A DNA stretch of 44,351 nucleotides from Octopus bimaculoides (Eukaryota): the NCBI RefSeq assembly GCF_001194135.2, contig NC_068983.1, positions 166,941,531 to 166,985,881 on the forward strand, given 5' to 3'. The translations under genes were made by a program, and so were the position numbers. The notes beneath the pieces were generated by a model. The model was not told where the DNA came from. It did no database searches and saw only the letters and a program-made list of their open reading frames with translations. Shown one piece after another: positions 1 to 9,895 of this stretch. Within the stretch, counting starts at the first letter, position 1. Each line of letters opens with the position of its first letter.

Positions 1-369
1 GCTCCCTAATTAGTTGGGCTATGACCCTCTCTGTAACTTTCATAACCTGATCTAACAGCTTGATGCCTCTGTAATTATTTGTATCTAAAGCGTCACCTTT
101 ACCTTTGTAGCAGTTGAATATGATGCTGCTACACCAGTCATTGGGTATGACTCCTTCGTGTATCACCTGGTTCGTAATACGGGTGACTAGGCTGTAGCCA
201 ACACTGCCAGATATTTTGAGCATCTCTGCAGTGATTCCTGATGGGCCGGGGGCTTTCCCGGTCTTCATACTCTTAATTGCTTTATCTACCCTGGTACTGT
301 CAGCTCGGATAGCTGGTCCCGCTGCTGGGTCGACACACGGCAGGCTCTCCTCCTCCCATTCATTCTCTT
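1..369 (-). mobile_element. RTE-clade LINE ORF fragment (linker and N-terminal RT region), 5'-truncated, runs off the window edge
   Basis: Manual translation is stop-free: ENEWEEESLPCVDPAAGPAIRADSTRVDKAIKSMKTGKAPGPSGITAEMLKISG...IPNDWCSSIIFNCYKGKGDALDTNNYRGIKLLDQVMKVTERVI. KAPGPSGI..E.L, P.DW and KGKGD...NYRGI.LL are standard RTE/non-LTR motifs. The ORF track missed it because there is no in-window stop. Confidence 0.93.
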
Positions 370-496
370 GTTTTGGAGAATTTGTTGTTGTTGTTTCCTC
401 TAGAGTCATATCCCAATCATGATTGTATTCGTCACTAAAAATCATGTAAAAAACAAAAATCGCCAACAACAAAGACAGTAATGAAAACACAGGAAT
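370..496 (-). CDS. Candidate host exon (transmembrane-like segment plus Thr-rich stalk), in frame with the RTE fragment
   Basis: After TTATTAG| at 497 the frame reads IPVFSLLSLLLAIFVFYMIFSDEYNHDWDMTLEETTTTNSPK and continues into the LINE without a stop. The acceptor is weak and no homologue was recognised. Confidence 0.3.
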
Positions 497-610
497 CTAA
501 TAATTTCAGGATCGTGGGTTTGGATTCAACCCAGAATGTTTTTAATTTACTCACAGGTGTCAGCCTGATTCCTAAATAGTATGATAAGTTTGGTTTACAG
601 CCTTTAGTAG

Positions 611-939
611 TAAAGTTGAAAAAGTGTGACACACTGACATTCACAATTATTATAGTATATTATATTATTTTAAGATGGCGAGCTGGCAGAATCGTAAGCA
701 TGCTGGGCAAAATGCTTAGCTGTATTTCATCTGCCATTAGGTTTTGAGTTCGAATTCCTCTGGGTTCAACTTTGCCTTTCATCTTTTCGGGGTCGATAAA
801 ATTAGTACCCGTTACGTACTGGGGATCGATGTAATCGACATAATCCCTTCCCCCAAAATTTGAGACCTTGTGCTTCCTTCCTGTAGAAAGGATTTATTAA
901 AGTTGAAAAAGTGTGACACACTGACATTCACATTTATTA
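611..939 (+). repeat. 42-bp direct repeat flanking a SINE (probable long target-site duplication)
   Basis: TAAAGTTGAAAAAGTGTGACACACTGACATTCACA(A/T)TTATTA occurs at 611-652 and 898-939 with 1 mismatch. Confidence 0.85.
672..897 (+). mobile_element. tRNA-derived SINE, family A, young copy
   Basis: Head GATGGCGAGCTGGCAGAATCGTAAGC with B-box-like GAGTTCGAATTCC. The body TTTGCCTTTCATC...GGGGTCGATAAA is shared with other copies in the window. CpGs are intact. Confidence 0.88.
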
Positions 940-1405
940 TATTAGATATGTTTAATTTTGGGGTAACTTTACTTCAATTAAAGTGTATTTTATATATACA
1001 AGTGTGTGCGTGGGTGTATGTAGTAAAGAAAGCATAAAATAAAACAAAAATGAGTGTTCAGTATGTTGGCGACAGGAATTTCTCTCAAAGGGACATGGTT
1101 TTAAACAAAGATGTACATCATCTCAATCTTTCTCTCTCTTATTACTCCCACTGCTACCATCAACACTACTACTTTTAATAAAACATCATCAACTCTCCCT
1201 AAATTTCTTTGTCTCTCTTTGTCTCCCTCTTTCATTCTCTCTCTCTCTCTCTCTGCCACCCCCTCACTGTCTCTATGCATACTATTACTCTCATCCCATC
1301 ATGAGGAATAGTAGGAGTGTCATTGAATGGTAAGAGAGGAGATCTAAGTGTGACACACTGAAACACAGAAATTAGTTTTTGCATTTATTATATTAGATAA
1401 ATACA

Positions 1406-1549
1406 TTGGTCAAGTCAGTCTTTTACTTGTCTGAGTTTCACCTGTGAGTGTACAGGGTTGTCAGGCAACGTATGACAGGAGTAACTTGCCTGGGGCCCCC
1501 TATGCACCCACAGGTAACACTCAGATGAGCAACAGACTGATTCAATCAA
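1406..1549. repeat. Near-continuous ~144-nt fold-back (palindromic element)
   Basis: Paired blocks TCAGTCT/AGACTGA, TCTGAGT/ACTCAGA, ACCTGTG/CACAGGT, GTG/CAC, AGGG/CCCT and CAGGCAA/TTGCCTG are all in register around a ~17-nt loop. Confidence 0.85.
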
Positions 1550-1639
1550 AATTAAAATACTTTTCATTTCTACTTTAGTATCGAGTATTCTTGCTTCTGA
1601 CAATCAACATTAAATGTTTGTGTGTGTGTGTGCAGTGCG

Positions 1640-1850
1640 TGTATCATCATCATCATCATCATAGTTTTCACATCCACTTTTCTATGCTTGTATAGAAACA
1701 GAATTTGTTGAGGCAGTTTTTCTACAGTTGGATGCCCTCTCTGTTGCCAACCCTCATCTGTTTCCAAGCAAGACAATAATCCCAATGTTGAAACACATCT
1801 CCATGACAGTGACATTCGTTTACAACTATCACATGAGGTCAAGAGACAGT
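1640..1850 (-). mobile_element. SINE family B fragment with (GAT)n tail
   Basis: (CAT)n followed by CATCCACTTTTCTATGCTTG...GGATGCCCTCTCTGTTGCCAACC, the reverse complement of the recurring GGTTGGCGACAGGAAGGGCATCCAG core. Confidence 0.8.
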
Positions 1851-2261
1851 AATACTCCTACACTCACATACATGTGGCATTTCATGTGCTCAAGAAAACC
1901 CTTCCATATCAGCAAAAATAATATCCTTTAAAAACCACTCAAATATACCTGTACATGCAAGGCTTTGTACCCCACTTCCTCTCTCCCTGACACATCAAGC
2001 ATTCTCCCCCCACCACCACTACCACCTGCAAGCAATATCACACATATTACATCCCATACCCTTTCAAACATTCTCCAATTACCTCCATTCCACATTATCC
2101 CTACCCACACCATTTCAACCAATCTCTGCCTTCACCTCCTTTCTGTACCTTCAGCTACTACCCTCCCCCCCCCACTCACTATACTCCATTCTTAGCACCT
2201 CTCTCATTTGCTATCATTGTCAATACCCTCCCACATCTACCATCATAACCTACCTACTATG

Positions 2262-2580
2262 AAAAGGGTAAAGAGCCCCTTTGGTCATGAATGACCATGG
2301 GATTGCACCAAGAAAGTTCCCTTCCAAGGCACAAGTCTGGGCAAGGTTGTTTATGGAAGACCAGCCTCCCCTCTCCACGCCACTGATGTTATCCAAGGGA
2401 AAGGCAAAGGGGCTGATACAGCTTGGCACCTGTGACGTTGCTACTCATTTCTACAGCTGAGTGAACTGGAGCAACATGAAATAAAATGTCTTACTCAAGA
2501 ACACAACATGCAGCCCGGACCGGGAATTGAACTCACTACCTCATGATTGTGAGCCCAAGGCTTTAACCCCTGACCATGCA
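2262..2580 (-). mobile_element. tRNA-headed SINE
   Basis: The reverse strand reads GGTTAAAGCCTTGGGCTCACAATCATGAGGTAGTGAGTTCAATTCCCGG (tRNA-like with a B box), followed by GTTGCTCCAGTTCACTCAGCTG. Confidence 0.8.
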
Positions 2581-2694
2581 CTCCCACCTACTATGTATTC
2601 TTATCCCCCACTCCTCCCCCGAGCGACTCCTACCTCTGCATCCTGGTATTTCCTTCCTTGTTTTTTTCTCTCTCTTGCACGTTACATGACAACC

Positions 2695-2880
2695 TCGCTA
2701 GTGTCAGTGGCACAAACAAAGCATCCAGTACGCTCTCTTAAGTGGTTGGCATTAGGAAGAGCATCCAGCCGTAGAAACCAAAAGTGACATTGGAACTGAA
2801 CACAGCTCTGCAGCTCACCATATCAAAACCAACCAACCCATGCCAGCACAGAAAGTAGACATTCAATGATGACGAGGACG
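2695..2880 (+). mobile_element. SINE family B fragment
   Basis: GTGGTTGGCATTAGGAAGAGCATCCAGCCGTAGAAA...CAACCCATGCCAGCA...ATGATGACG. Confidence 0.78.
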
Positions 2881-2951
2881 ATACATGTATACATCATCAT
2901 CAATCGTTTTATATATATAGATATATATATATATATATATCATGTATACAA

Positions 2952-3100
2952 TAGGCTTCTTTCAGTTTCTGTCTACCAAATTCATTTACAAGGTTTTGGT
3001 CAGACTGAGGCTATAGTAGAGGACACTTGTCCAAGGTGCCATGCAGTGGGACTGAACTTGAGACCATGTTGGCTGGGAAGCAAACTTCTTACCACACAGT
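2952..3100 (-). mobile_element. tRNA-derived SINE family C, 5' part
   Basis: Reverse of GTGTGGTAAGAAGTTTGCTTCCCAGCC...GTTCAGTCCCACTGCATGGCACCTTGGACAAGTGTCCTCTACTATAGCC, matching the copy at 29130. Confidence 0.82.
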
Positions 3101-3114
3101 TATGATCAAGTTTA

Positions 3115-3188
<74 letters not shown>

Positions 3189-3288
3189 CACATACATTGT
3201 GTGCACTGTCCCAGTTTTAGACCACAAAAACCATGTCCTTGTGTGCAAGTAAAATGATTCACATCAGGAAAAAGTGATAGCCAAGACT

Positions 3289-3321
<33 letters not shown>

Positions 3322-3322
3322 A
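3115..3322. repeat. (TG)n(TA)n and (TG)n microsatellites
   Basis: Read directly at about 3115-3185 and 3288-3320. Similar arrays lie at about 7246-7310, 28516-28567, 29680-29742, 32288-32340, 34260-34432, 42590-42650 and 44315-44351. Confidence 0.97.
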
Positions 3323-3751
3323 TGCTGGTGGTGATGAATCATACCAATGATGAAGATTAAGAAGATGGTTTTGATAGTATATAAAATTAGCTCATCACCA
3401 TCATCACCATCATCGTCGTCCCAAGTACTAGAGAATATGATAAGGAATCTTCACTGGGAATTGGTACCTCTTCATGATAACTTATTTATTAACAAGTTAA
3501 GATGGGGGTTCAGTATCCAGTTACAATATATTTCTAATATTTTCTGATTGCTGAAAATATTTTGGCTCCCAATTTTTTTCTCAATGTTTTGACAGTAGTT
3601 CCACAATTTAGGATATTGGCATAAAGTATCAGAGTAATAATTTTAGAGCAAAATGATATTACACAGCTTTTGTTAACACATTTCTGTTGAAATACACAGC
3701 TTTTGCTTTGATTAATTTTGAAAATAATAAGAATTTAGTCAAAAAAAACTG

Positions 3752-4009
3752 TCATTATTAAACTGTGTCTCAAAGGCAGCAAGTTGGCAAAATCATTAAC
3801 ATGGCTGGGCGAAATCCTTGGCAGCAGCATTTTGTCTGTCTTTACATTCTGAGTTGACTTTGCCTTCTATCTTTTCTTTTTTTTTGGGGGGGGGGGGGTC
3901 AATAAAATAAATACCAGTCATTCACTAAGGTCGATGTAAATGACTTACATCCTTCCCTTGAAATTGCTGTTTTCGTGCCAAAATTTGAAATCATTATTAA
4001 ACAGTGTCT
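3752..4009 (+). mobile_element. SINE family A (about 3771-3990) with a 19-bp target-site duplication
   Basis: TCATTATTAAAC(T/A)GTGTCT occurs at 3752-3770 and 3991-4009. The CpG-decayed head reads AAGGCAGCAAGTTGGCAAAATCATTAAC. Confidence 0.85.
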
Positions 4010-4783
4010 GGAACATAAATTCATGCGAAGCTTGTGTCAGAGAATCAGAGTTGGTTGAGGATAGGGTTAGGGTACCAATTAGGACTAATTGTCAACAGGA
4101 AAGGCTAACAAGACAAGGACTGAACCCCTAACTTTTAGACCCATAACACAACAGAGTCAAGTGACCCGTCATGACATTAATAAAACTAAGGCTTCAAACT
4201 GGAAACCATGACCAAAGTTTTTTGTATCAAAGTCATCGTCACTGAACTTGTGTATTAAAACCATATTTAAGGAAACACTTGAAAGTACATTATCACATAG
4301 TTGTGTCGTTAATAGTTAGAAAAAGATAATGAAAGAGAAATTAATATTAGAAACATTTCTATTGGCTCTGTTGTCTTCCGACCAGGTTCACCTGACTAAC
4401 GACTCACTGATTAAATTACTGTAATGCCAAGTGCAAAGGTAAGTTACAATATAATTAAAGAATGTTTGGTTCACTCCTAACCAGCAGGTTCCAAAATGTT
4501 GTCGCTTTTTGCATATTGCTTCCTGTGATTTCGTTCGAAGATAAAAACAGTTGACGGATAAACTCTATTTATGCACCTGCCACTTATATACCTCACCTGT
4601 TCAATTCAATGAGAATCTATACCAAAGAAAAAGACGGGGAGGTGCTTGCTTGCTCTCTCTCTCTCTTTTTTCCCCAGGTATATTTAGTGGCATATTCCAG
4701 TTAAGTATACTGGAGGGAGAAGATATTAATGAGCACATGCACCCACACACTCGTGTGTGTGTTAGTCTCCCAAATGACTTGGT

Positions 4784-4993
4784 TTAACCCTTCAGCATTC
4801 AAATTGCTGCCAAATGTAAAGTTTACTTATTCACATTGTTTGCAATTTATCGTACATTGTCCTGTGGCTGTGATTATTTATTGTTAGAATGACATTGTAG
4901 GGTAGGTGTGAAAGGCTGCACCTGGCTATTTTGAACATAAAACAGATAGAATATTTGGGCATGATATGGTTGGCTTGGAGAGCAAAGAGTTAA
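4784..4993. mobile_element. piggyBac-like MITE
   Basis: Begins TTAACCCTTCAGCATT and ends GCAAAGAGTTAA. The internal AGAATGACATTGTAGGGTA(G/A)GTGTGA is shared with 22916-23103 and 28800-28946. Confidence 0.7.
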
Positions 4994-5034
4994 AACTGTT
5001 CAGTGTAGAGAAAATCTTTTCTTTATTTATTTGT

Positions 5035-5410
5035 CAAGTCTGGAGGAAGGGACGAGACTGGTGGGGGCTGATGTTGTTAATGTTCTGCTAAACATTTGCC
5101 AGCGAATATATGCAGGGAAGACATGAACAAGGAGAAGATTGCTGCAGGTCAAGGTTCTGAAAAGACAGGACTGGGGAAAATGACTACTATGAGGTTGAAA
5201 GGGGCCGGATGCATCAGGAGTGAGAAGAGGGTGAAAGATAAGAGGGGTCAGGGTGCATGAGTAATATAGAAGCAGGACCAGCCAAGATCCAAGCAATGGA
5301 AGCCATTAAAATAAAGAGAGAAAAGGCAGAGAGAGGAGAGAGATCACAGCTGTGGACCATTGGCGATTGAGTATCAGCTAAGTGGCCCAAGATGTGTAGT
5401 AGTAACAGCA
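5035..5410 (-). mobile_element. Highly decayed CR1/L2-type LINE endonuclease-region remnant
   Basis: Purine-rich on the + strand. The minus translation is Pro/Ser/Leu-rich and resembles the post-endonuclease linker. The composition matches the remnant at 21.1-22.9 kb. Confidence 0.4.
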
Positions 5411-5914
5411 CCAAATGAAATGTTTGAGCAGTTCTTCACCTGCAGATTTTGTGTTTGAAATGTATAGAGATACAGTTGACAAAGAAAAATATCAAGTGTG
5501 GAAATCTTATTAGAAATTTAAACTTCAATTCCATTTGGTTCCTTCATTTTAATACCTGCATCTTACAAATGGTTTAGCACCTGTATTTTATGAATGCTTT
5601 TAAACATGAACAAAAATACATATAACCATACACCCCTTATTTCCAAATAGATCAATTCGGTTCATAGTTTCTAATTGTCCGACTCGTCTTTGCCAAGGAG
5701 AATACAAAGGCTTCATAGTCAGAGTTTCACAGATTCAGAAGACTTGCTACAAAATCGCAATTGCATGCATTAAGTGCAATAGAAGACAACTTGTTAAAGA
5801 GCTGAAGACAACTGGGCCTCAACTGGCATACTCAAGGAAAAACTGCACTTGTATGGCTTCACTCTAAAGATAATCTCTCACGCATGTGTGCATGCGCATG
5901 CACACACGTATGAC

Positions 5915-6140
5915 TTTGTTTTGACATCATGTGATAATTGTAAATGAGTATTCCATGAGAAACATGTCTGGCTATGGAGGGATATTATCTTGCTTAGAAG
6001 CAGGTGATGGTTGGCAACAGGAAGGGCATCTAACTGTAGAAAATGTATTTCAACAAATTCTATACAACCATGAAAAATTTGATGCTAAAACGATATAAAG
6101 ATGATGATGGTGGTGGTGGTGGTGGAGGGGGTGATGATGA
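5915..6140 (+). mobile_element. SINE family B
   Basis: GGTTGGCAACAGGAAGGGCATCTAACTGTAGAAAA core followed by a (GAT)/(GGT) tail. Confidence 0.78.
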
Positions 6141-6273
6141 TGATGAGATGATGTGTTCACTGAAAAAGTTTCAAAACATCATAGAAACAATACTGTCCTA
6201 CAACTGAAAAGCTAATTAGAGAATACCACGTAAAAGTTCTCTTCGTTAAAAACAAAACATTTTGTAATGTTAT

Positions 6274-6537
6274 TTACCAGTTCAAATTTGCTTGTGGCAC
6301 ATTTGGACTGTGATAAACAAACCATTCTCCGTGTTTTATCATGGAGGAAGTGTCCTGACAATGGTGTAAATACATTTAGATCAGTTAGCAGCGCCCCCTT
6401 TCCAGGCTGTGAGGTGCAGCATTTCGGAGTAGTTATCTTCTCTTCGGTCAAAGACACTGAACAGAGTGTTTACACCATTGTCAACAGCGAGAAATTTTCT
6501 CCGTGACAACGTGCCACAACCATATTCCAACTGGTAA
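6274..6537. repeat. Imperfect ~264-bp inverted-repeat element (MITE-like)
   Basis: TTACCAGTT (6274-6282) pairs with AACTGGTAA (6529-6537) and TTGTGGCAC with GTGCCACAA. A perfect 15-mer, TGACAATGGTGTAAA (6356-6370), pairs with TTTACACCATTGTCA (6469-6483). Confidence 0.8.
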
Positions 6538-6759
6538 TAAAATTGCATTCATACATATTACTACCCAGCGCTTCTAGTTTGTGAAATATTTTGTGAAGTT
6601 TTTACAGAATAATTAACGACTAACAAAATGTGAGATGTCCACTTGAATTAATCAGAAACAGTCCATAAAGGCTGAAGAAGAGTTCTAGTGAACAAAGAAA
6701 CTGACCAAAGATTAGAACCATAAACATTGTTTGTCAAAGAGGCAACATCATATTGGTGT

Positions 6760-6930
6760 CATTGGTTAAGTGTAAGAATGGTTATGTGATTAGCAAGTTG
6801 GATTTGCAACCAAATGACTCAAGTTCCATCCCAGTGTGTGGCACTTGGGACAAAGATCTAAAGTAGTCTTGAAGGGACCCAATAAATTGGGAGTTGAAAT
6901 TTGGTAGATAGAAACAGCACAGAAGCTTGT
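6760..6930 (+). mobile_element. SINE family C-like, decayed
   Basis: AAGTTCCATCCCAGTGTGTGGCACTTGGGACAAAG...TTGGTAGATAGAAAC, followed by a TG-rich tract. Confidence 0.6.
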
Positions 6931-7109
6931 TGTTTTGTGCATGTGTGTATGTGTGTTATATGCAAGCAATGGATATGTGTGTATGTGTGTATGCATGAAT
7001 GTTGTTCCTGTGTTTAAAAAAAAACGGTGATGCTTATATACGTCTCCTGTGCCTCTGGGTGGTTAGTTTAGTCAATTTTGATGATACCTTATTTTAAAAA
7101 AAGCAAAGT

Positions 7110-7235
7110 AAAGGTTGGCGACAAGAAGGGCATCCAGCTGTAGAATACTGCCTGAAGAGGTCATCCAACCTATGCCAGCATGGAAAAGCAGACGCAGAAA
7201 CAATGATGCTGATATCATCATCTAGCATCCGCATT
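7110..7235 (+). mobile_element. SINE family B core
   Basis: GGTTGGCGACAAGAAGGGCATCCAGCTGTAGAA...CATGCCAGCATGGAAAAGCAGACG. Confidence 0.82.
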
Positions 7236-7243
7236 CCATGCCA

Positions 7244-7315
<72 letters not shown>

Positions 7316-7899
7316 ACACACACACTGATATCTGTGGGTTTAAAGACTTGGCTTGTAAGAATTAGCTTAAACAAAAATAAAGATTACTTGAAGTGATACA
7401 ATGTTATGTAGGCCGAGGTTAGCTTTGATAAGGCAGGCTTCTATAATCATATCATTATATATTTGTTTCCTTCCATGCAAAGAACATGTTTACCAACATA
7501 AAAAATAAAACCATAAACAAGGTAGATAGAATTTCTTACTGAAGAAACCTGAACTTTTAGCAAGTAAAAGAACAACGTTCAACGGGAGTTTCAACATTAA
7601 TCTTTTTATGAACTGATAAAACAATATTTGTTTCACTTCAGTGGCAGACAAACAGCCTCATAAAAACCCTAACCCCAATGCCAACTACTTCACAGTGTTG
7701 TGGATGCTGTTTTCATGGCATCAACACCAGTGAGGTCACAGTGTCACTAAACAACTGGGAGAGAGACAGCCGGCTTTATTAAAGAAGGGAGAACAGGTTT
7801 ATTGTTGTTAAGGGGATACATGGTTACTTCATCTTATATGAGGGTGGATGGGAACAAACAGAATGGAGATTTAAGGAGGTGTCAAAGAATACCCTGATG

Positions 7900-8130
7900 C
7901 TAAATCATCATTAGTGTTTAACATCCACTTTTCCATGCTTGCATGGGTCAGATGGAATTTGTTGAGAAAGGTTTTTTTTTCTTCTACAGATAGATGCTCT
8001 TCCTGTCACCAATCTTCTCCCGTTTCCTTATAAGGTAAATATTTCTCCATGGCCAGACATGTGTTTAAGAAAGATTGCAAATGAAGGACACTGTTTGCAT
8101 GATCTACAATTATCACATGATGTCAAGACA
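7900..8130 (-). mobile_element. SINE family B
   Basis: TTTAACATCCACTTTTCCATGCTTGCATGGG...TTCCTGTCACCAATC...CATGGCCAGACATG. Confidence 0.82.
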
Positions 8131-8695
8131 AGGAGACACAAACAAATACACACACACACACACTCTTTCACTCTCTCTCTCACACACACACACACACAAC
8201 AGGTTTCTTTCAGTTTTTCTATTCCCAAAAATGTGGTAGGGAAGGAAATTTCTTAACCACAGAATCACCTGTGCCACAGTGTGTGTGTGTGTGTGTTCCA
8301 GTAAATAACTTTAATTGGTTTCTTTATAATGAGATATATCTATTAAAGGGACACCAAACTCTAAATTGAGGGAGAGAAATGGAAAAAGAAACTGTTGAAA
8401 TCTCTAACTTCATGAAGTAAGATTTCGAAATTCATTGCATATTTCAATAGAATTTGGTACGAAATGGGTTAATGCCAGGTTTAATAAAATCTTGCCAGAA
8501 TTATTATTTATTGATCTCTCTCTCTCTCTCCTATTTGAATTCAATAAAAGAAGTAACAAGTAAGCTACCAGGGTTGATTTAATCAACAAGACATCCATCG
8601 AACAATTATTGATCTTTATATTCAATCAAATTCTTATTATTGCATCGTTATTTTAGGGATTTGTGTTTTAAGTAAAAGTGAATTTGGTGCAAGAC

Positions 8696-8728
8696 TGACA
8701 TCATTTGACAATCTGTTGCCATAGCAAC
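8696..8728. promoter_or_regulatory. RFX X-box with an adjacent CRE-like site
   Basis: GTTGCCATAGCAAC at 8715-8728 fits the X-box consensus GTNRCC(N0-3)RGYAAC. TGACATCA at 8696-8703 is one change from the CRE TGACGTCA. Confidence 0.5.
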
Positions 8729-8857
8729 TCAATAAAATGTTTGTAAAATATGTCAAATGTAGATGTTTTCATAACAGAAACATTTCATGTGTATAATAAT
8801 CATCATCATCATCATAATAATAATAAATAAAATTAAAAAAACCCAAAAAAAAAACCC

Positions 8858-9005
8858 AGCGTCAGACTGCAGTGAGTAAAGTATGAAGCGGTAGTGAAGA
8901 CAAAGACATAAAAGAGACTGGTTTAGAGCTTCTTGAAAAGCATTTGAGTAGTTAAAGAGCAAAGGAGGGTTGAGAGCAATGTTAAGAGGATGAGTGAGGA
9001 CTGTA
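8858..9005 (-). mobile_element. CR1/L2-type LINE 3' end remnant
   Basis: The minus strand GCTTTTCAAGAAGCTCTAAACCAGTCTCTTTT resembles the C-terminal FK..LKT.LF motif. Confidence 0.5.
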
Positions 9006-9234
9006 AAGAGTCTTTTTTTCATAAAGAAACAGGCTTAAGAAGCAGCTGTACACATCATTATCAATCAAGACTTTTTTTTTTTTATTTAGTTGTTTTTTTT
9101 TTGACAATGAAGATCTGTCATTTAAAAGTGCACTTTTACAAAGCAGTTTACTGGCCGACATGTCTATGGTAGCTTCTCTTTGCTTTTCTAATTCTTTTTG
9201 AGTTCTTGCAAATCATAAGAGCTTTTTACAATCA

Positions 9235-9430
9235 TCATCATGTCTTAATGTCCACTTTACCATACTCGCTTTACCATGGATCAGACAAAGTTTATTGAGA
9301 CGGGGTCCCTACAGCTGGATGCCCTTCCTGTTACTAATCCTTACCTCATGGCCAGACATGATTTTGCAGAATATTGGGAATGAATGACACTGTATGACTG
9401 TGACACAATTATCACACAATGTTTTGACGA
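9235..9430 (-). mobile_element. SINE family B
   Basis: (CAT)n...CTACAGCTGGATGCCCTTCCTGTTACTAATCC...CATGGCCAGACATG. Confidence 0.8.
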
Positions 9431-9807
9431 ATCACACACACACACACAGGACACGTTTCTTTTTACCAAAACCACTCCTCACAAGGCAATAGTAACAATG
9501 AAATGCTCCAGTAACAATTGTCATAAAAAGATGATGACAGAAAAATGAAAACAAGATAACAAAAATAAAACTAAACTTATGAAATTTAGAATAACAATAC
9601 AAAACAAAACTTGTTGAAGAAAGAACGAAAAAAACTTTGAATTCTCCGATTCATTACAGATGAAAGCTTTGAAATAGAGTAAAGGAAACCACTAGACGTG
9701 AGTGTGAGTGTGAGTGTCCCCACTAATCTGATGCTTTCACAAAGTAAGGATTAATTCTATTTTTACAGTTGTAATGTTTAACGGTGGGTGGAAGTGTGGT
9801 GGCCTAC

Positions 9808-9895
9808 GTCATCAGCCACAAAAGGAAACAGTAACGGGTGGGTCTTGTGGGCTTTTCTCATAATAGAGACAACTGCACTGCTGTGTAAATAATGC
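9808..9895 (-). CDS. Candidate 88-nt internal exon of an unidentified gene
   Basis: Acceptor CATTCTCTGTGTCCTGCAG|G and donor GAC|GTAGGC. Only one frame is open across it: HYLHSSAVVSIMRKAHKTHPLLFPFVADD. No homologue was recognised. Confidence 0.3.

Noticed and set aside
4062-4075. TAGGGTTAGGG telomere-like motif (also AACCCTAACCC near 7667)
   Set aside because: Only about 2 units, which is expected by chance.
4385-4443. + strand AG..AAG|GTAAGT exon candidate
   Set aside because: There are stops in all three frames and no supporting neighbours. At best it is a non-coding exon.
6385-6395. In-frame TGA as selenocysteine in the 6.3-6.5 kb minus frame
   Set aside because: There is no Sec-type redox context, further stops follow shortly, no SECIS was seen, and the region is better explained as an inverted repeat.
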